Below, one piece after another: positions 62,129 to 64,000 of a DNA stretch of 64,000 nt (its first letter is position 1; each line of letters opens with the position of its first letter). A program made the translations under genes and the position numbers. The stretch comes from Gammaproteobacteria bacterium (lineage in GTDB: Bacteria > Pseudomonadota > Gammaproteobacteria > Magnimaribacterales > TMED112). The DNA lies in the NCBI GenBank assembly GCA_038147295.1, contig JAYQTH010000002.1, positions 586,243 through 650,242 of the forward strand, written 5' to 3'. The notes under the pieces are model-generated. The model made no database searches. It was not told the DNA's origin and saw only the letters and a program-made list of their open reading frames with translations.

Positions 62129-64000
62129 ATGCAGAAATTTAAAAATATTGTATTCGTAATCATCAGCACACTAGTGCTTGCCAACTGCGGTGGAGGTGGC
62201 GGTGGCGGCTCAGAACCGGCACCGGTACCAGCACCAACACCAGCACCAACCCCTGCCCCACTTACTTTAAGTTATGAAGCCCCAGAAAGTTTATCTGACT
62301 ATCAAAAATTTGAGTTTGAAGTACAGGTAAATAATCTTCAAGAAGGTGAAACCTTCACTCTAGAAGTTAATCATGGAGATGGAAAAAAATTCAACACTTA
62401 GATATTGTAGATAAAAACAAAATTTTAGGCAGACTTTTATTTTGTATACACAGCTGAGGATTTGATATTTGAAATTTCTGCAACATCATCAAACAGCAGA
62501 TCTGCATCAGAAACAGTATCTATTCCTGTTGAATACTATAGAAAAGAGCTTGTTGGCCAAAGCATGAATGAAAGTCCAGGATTAAGGGGTTTTTCAAATA
62601 TTGAGTAAGTTGTTCAAACAGAAAAATTTGCACAATGGGTTTTTCCATCAGCCGTGTATGATGTTCGATCCTTGTGGAATGGGAGATACTGTTACCCAAC
62701 TGGCCAGATAATTGTTATGAAGGTAACGACTCATCCATTGGTCTTGCTTCACCTGAATTTTAGCTATGGTGATTTCAATGGAGATGGACATGAAGATGTT
62801 GTAGTTGCTAGTTATCATGTACCAAGACATTTAGAGACAATTGATGCACCAGATATCTTAGTTTTGCTAAATGATGGGCATGGTAGATTATTGAAGATCA
62901 AACTATTTTTACATCTGGTGTAAGGCCTGAATTATCAATTCCATACAGAATTGAATTAGAGATTTTAATGGAGATGGAGTGGATGATATTATTGTCCAAA
63001 ATTTTGCTACAGCCTCAGATCCCGAAAGTGGGTATTCCTATAAATGGGCCCCTCACTTTTCTTACTATCAGTCCTCTGACGGAAAATTAAACGATGCCTC
63101 AATAACTTTGATTACTGAAGATAATGCAAAAACAGATTTTTCTCATGATGCATCATCTGGAGATGTTGATGGTGATGGGGATTTTGATTTTTATGCAGGA
63201 TCTAGGCTTTTCTTAAATGATGGCAATTGAAATTTGCATCATACGACCTCTAATGTTTTAATTGAAATGTCCTATGAAAAAGGCGTGCCGATGGCCTCTG
63301 ATATTGTTGATATCAATAATGATGGTTTTGGTGATGTAATAAGTTACTGGTTTGATGGTCCTGATGGTGGTTACCAAAACAATGGTGATTAATTTAGTGA
63401 TTGTCAGAAAATGCCGATCTTTCAACAGATGGAGAGCATGACAATTTGCCAGTTGGCTAATATTAAGCGATGGTCAAAACTAAATGATGCTAAAGTCAAC
63501 GGAGATTTTAATGGCGATGGAGAAAGATTTTATCTTAACTAAAACTTACGATGACGAGCAACCTATATTTACTCCTGGCAACCTCATTATAAATGAGACT
63601 GAGACATTAACTGATACGGTATCTGCCTCTGAGCTAGGTTCAATAAACAATGGCACATTTTGGCCAGTATGGCTTAACCTAAATAACGATAAACATTTAG
63701 ATTTTATGATAGTGAAAAGCCATGACTGGAACAATGGAGATCCTGGTGAACTGAGGAATGCTGACATATCTGCAATTAAGTTTATATCCGACCCTAAATT
63801 CACAATTCGACACGTTAGAGTAATTTCAAATGATGACGGTAATAAGTACGAAATTTGTACTGCAGAATATTTTAAAGTTGGTGATGAAGCATGTGAACGC
63901 ACACCTAATCTCACTCTAAGAAGAGACAGAACTTATGGTTTTACCATGATGTCAAGTGACTACGAAGTTCACCCATTTAAGCAATCAGCAACAAAAGATC
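62129..64000 (+). pseudogene. Second FG-GAP lipoprotein gene, broken by multiple frameshifts and a nonsense codon, running off the window edge
   Basis: Same leader. FG-GAP motifs (GDFNGDGHED, DFNGDGVDD, GDVDGDGDFD, DINNDGFGD, GDFNGDG, NLNNDKHLD) fall in different frames; in-frame TGA at 63228; frame open from about 63541 to the end. Confidence 0.72.

Noticed and set aside
63228-63230. UGA recoding (Trp/Sec/Gly)
   Set aside because: TGA is a normal stop elsewhere (trmD, sdhE, prfB site) and the codon sits among many other lesions.
63546-63914. Minus-strand 122-aa ORF
   Set aside because: It is the shadow of the plus-strand FG-GAP frame that is open from about 63541 to the end.

Overview
AT-rich, extremely gene-dense chromosomal segment of a streamlined gammaproteobacterium. 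Gene order and near-absent intergenic DNA suggest a SAR86-like marine lineage; this is an inference, not a database result. Contents are mostly core genes: groES/EL, rpsP-rimM-trmD-rplS-xerD-dsbC-prfB-lysS, mdh, nrdAB, serA, ung, rpoE-rseA-degP-lepA-lepB-era-recO-acpS-adk, rpmF-fabD-fabG-acpP-mltG-tmk-holB, a nitrogen block (amidase, amt and TorF-like porin divergent from gltBD), infA-clpA-clpS-icd-mnmA-purB-aceB-aceA, and two tandem FG-GAP lipoprotein genes, the second fragmented. The window contains the replication terminus: a dif site at 49870-49897 with KOPS octamers pointing at it. I found no tRNA, rRNA, CRISPR array or transposase. The most interesting signals are: (1) a composite leader for porin-amt made of three CCAT-N5-ATGG palindromes, a glutamine (glnA-type) riboswitch and a terminator; (2) an anti-sigma factor that looks like RseA fused to the RseB C-terminal domain; (3) a three-box DnaA cluster with DARS-core geometry upstream of ung; (4) an S16 with a 147-aa (EEAPA)n tail followed by a rimM with no canonical start codon; (5) an AmpG-VanZ fusion; (6) a near-identical 102-nt lipoprotein leader on two otherwise dissimilar genes; (7) a hairpin that buries the SD and start codon of a cupin gene. 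All calls were made by eye, without searches.
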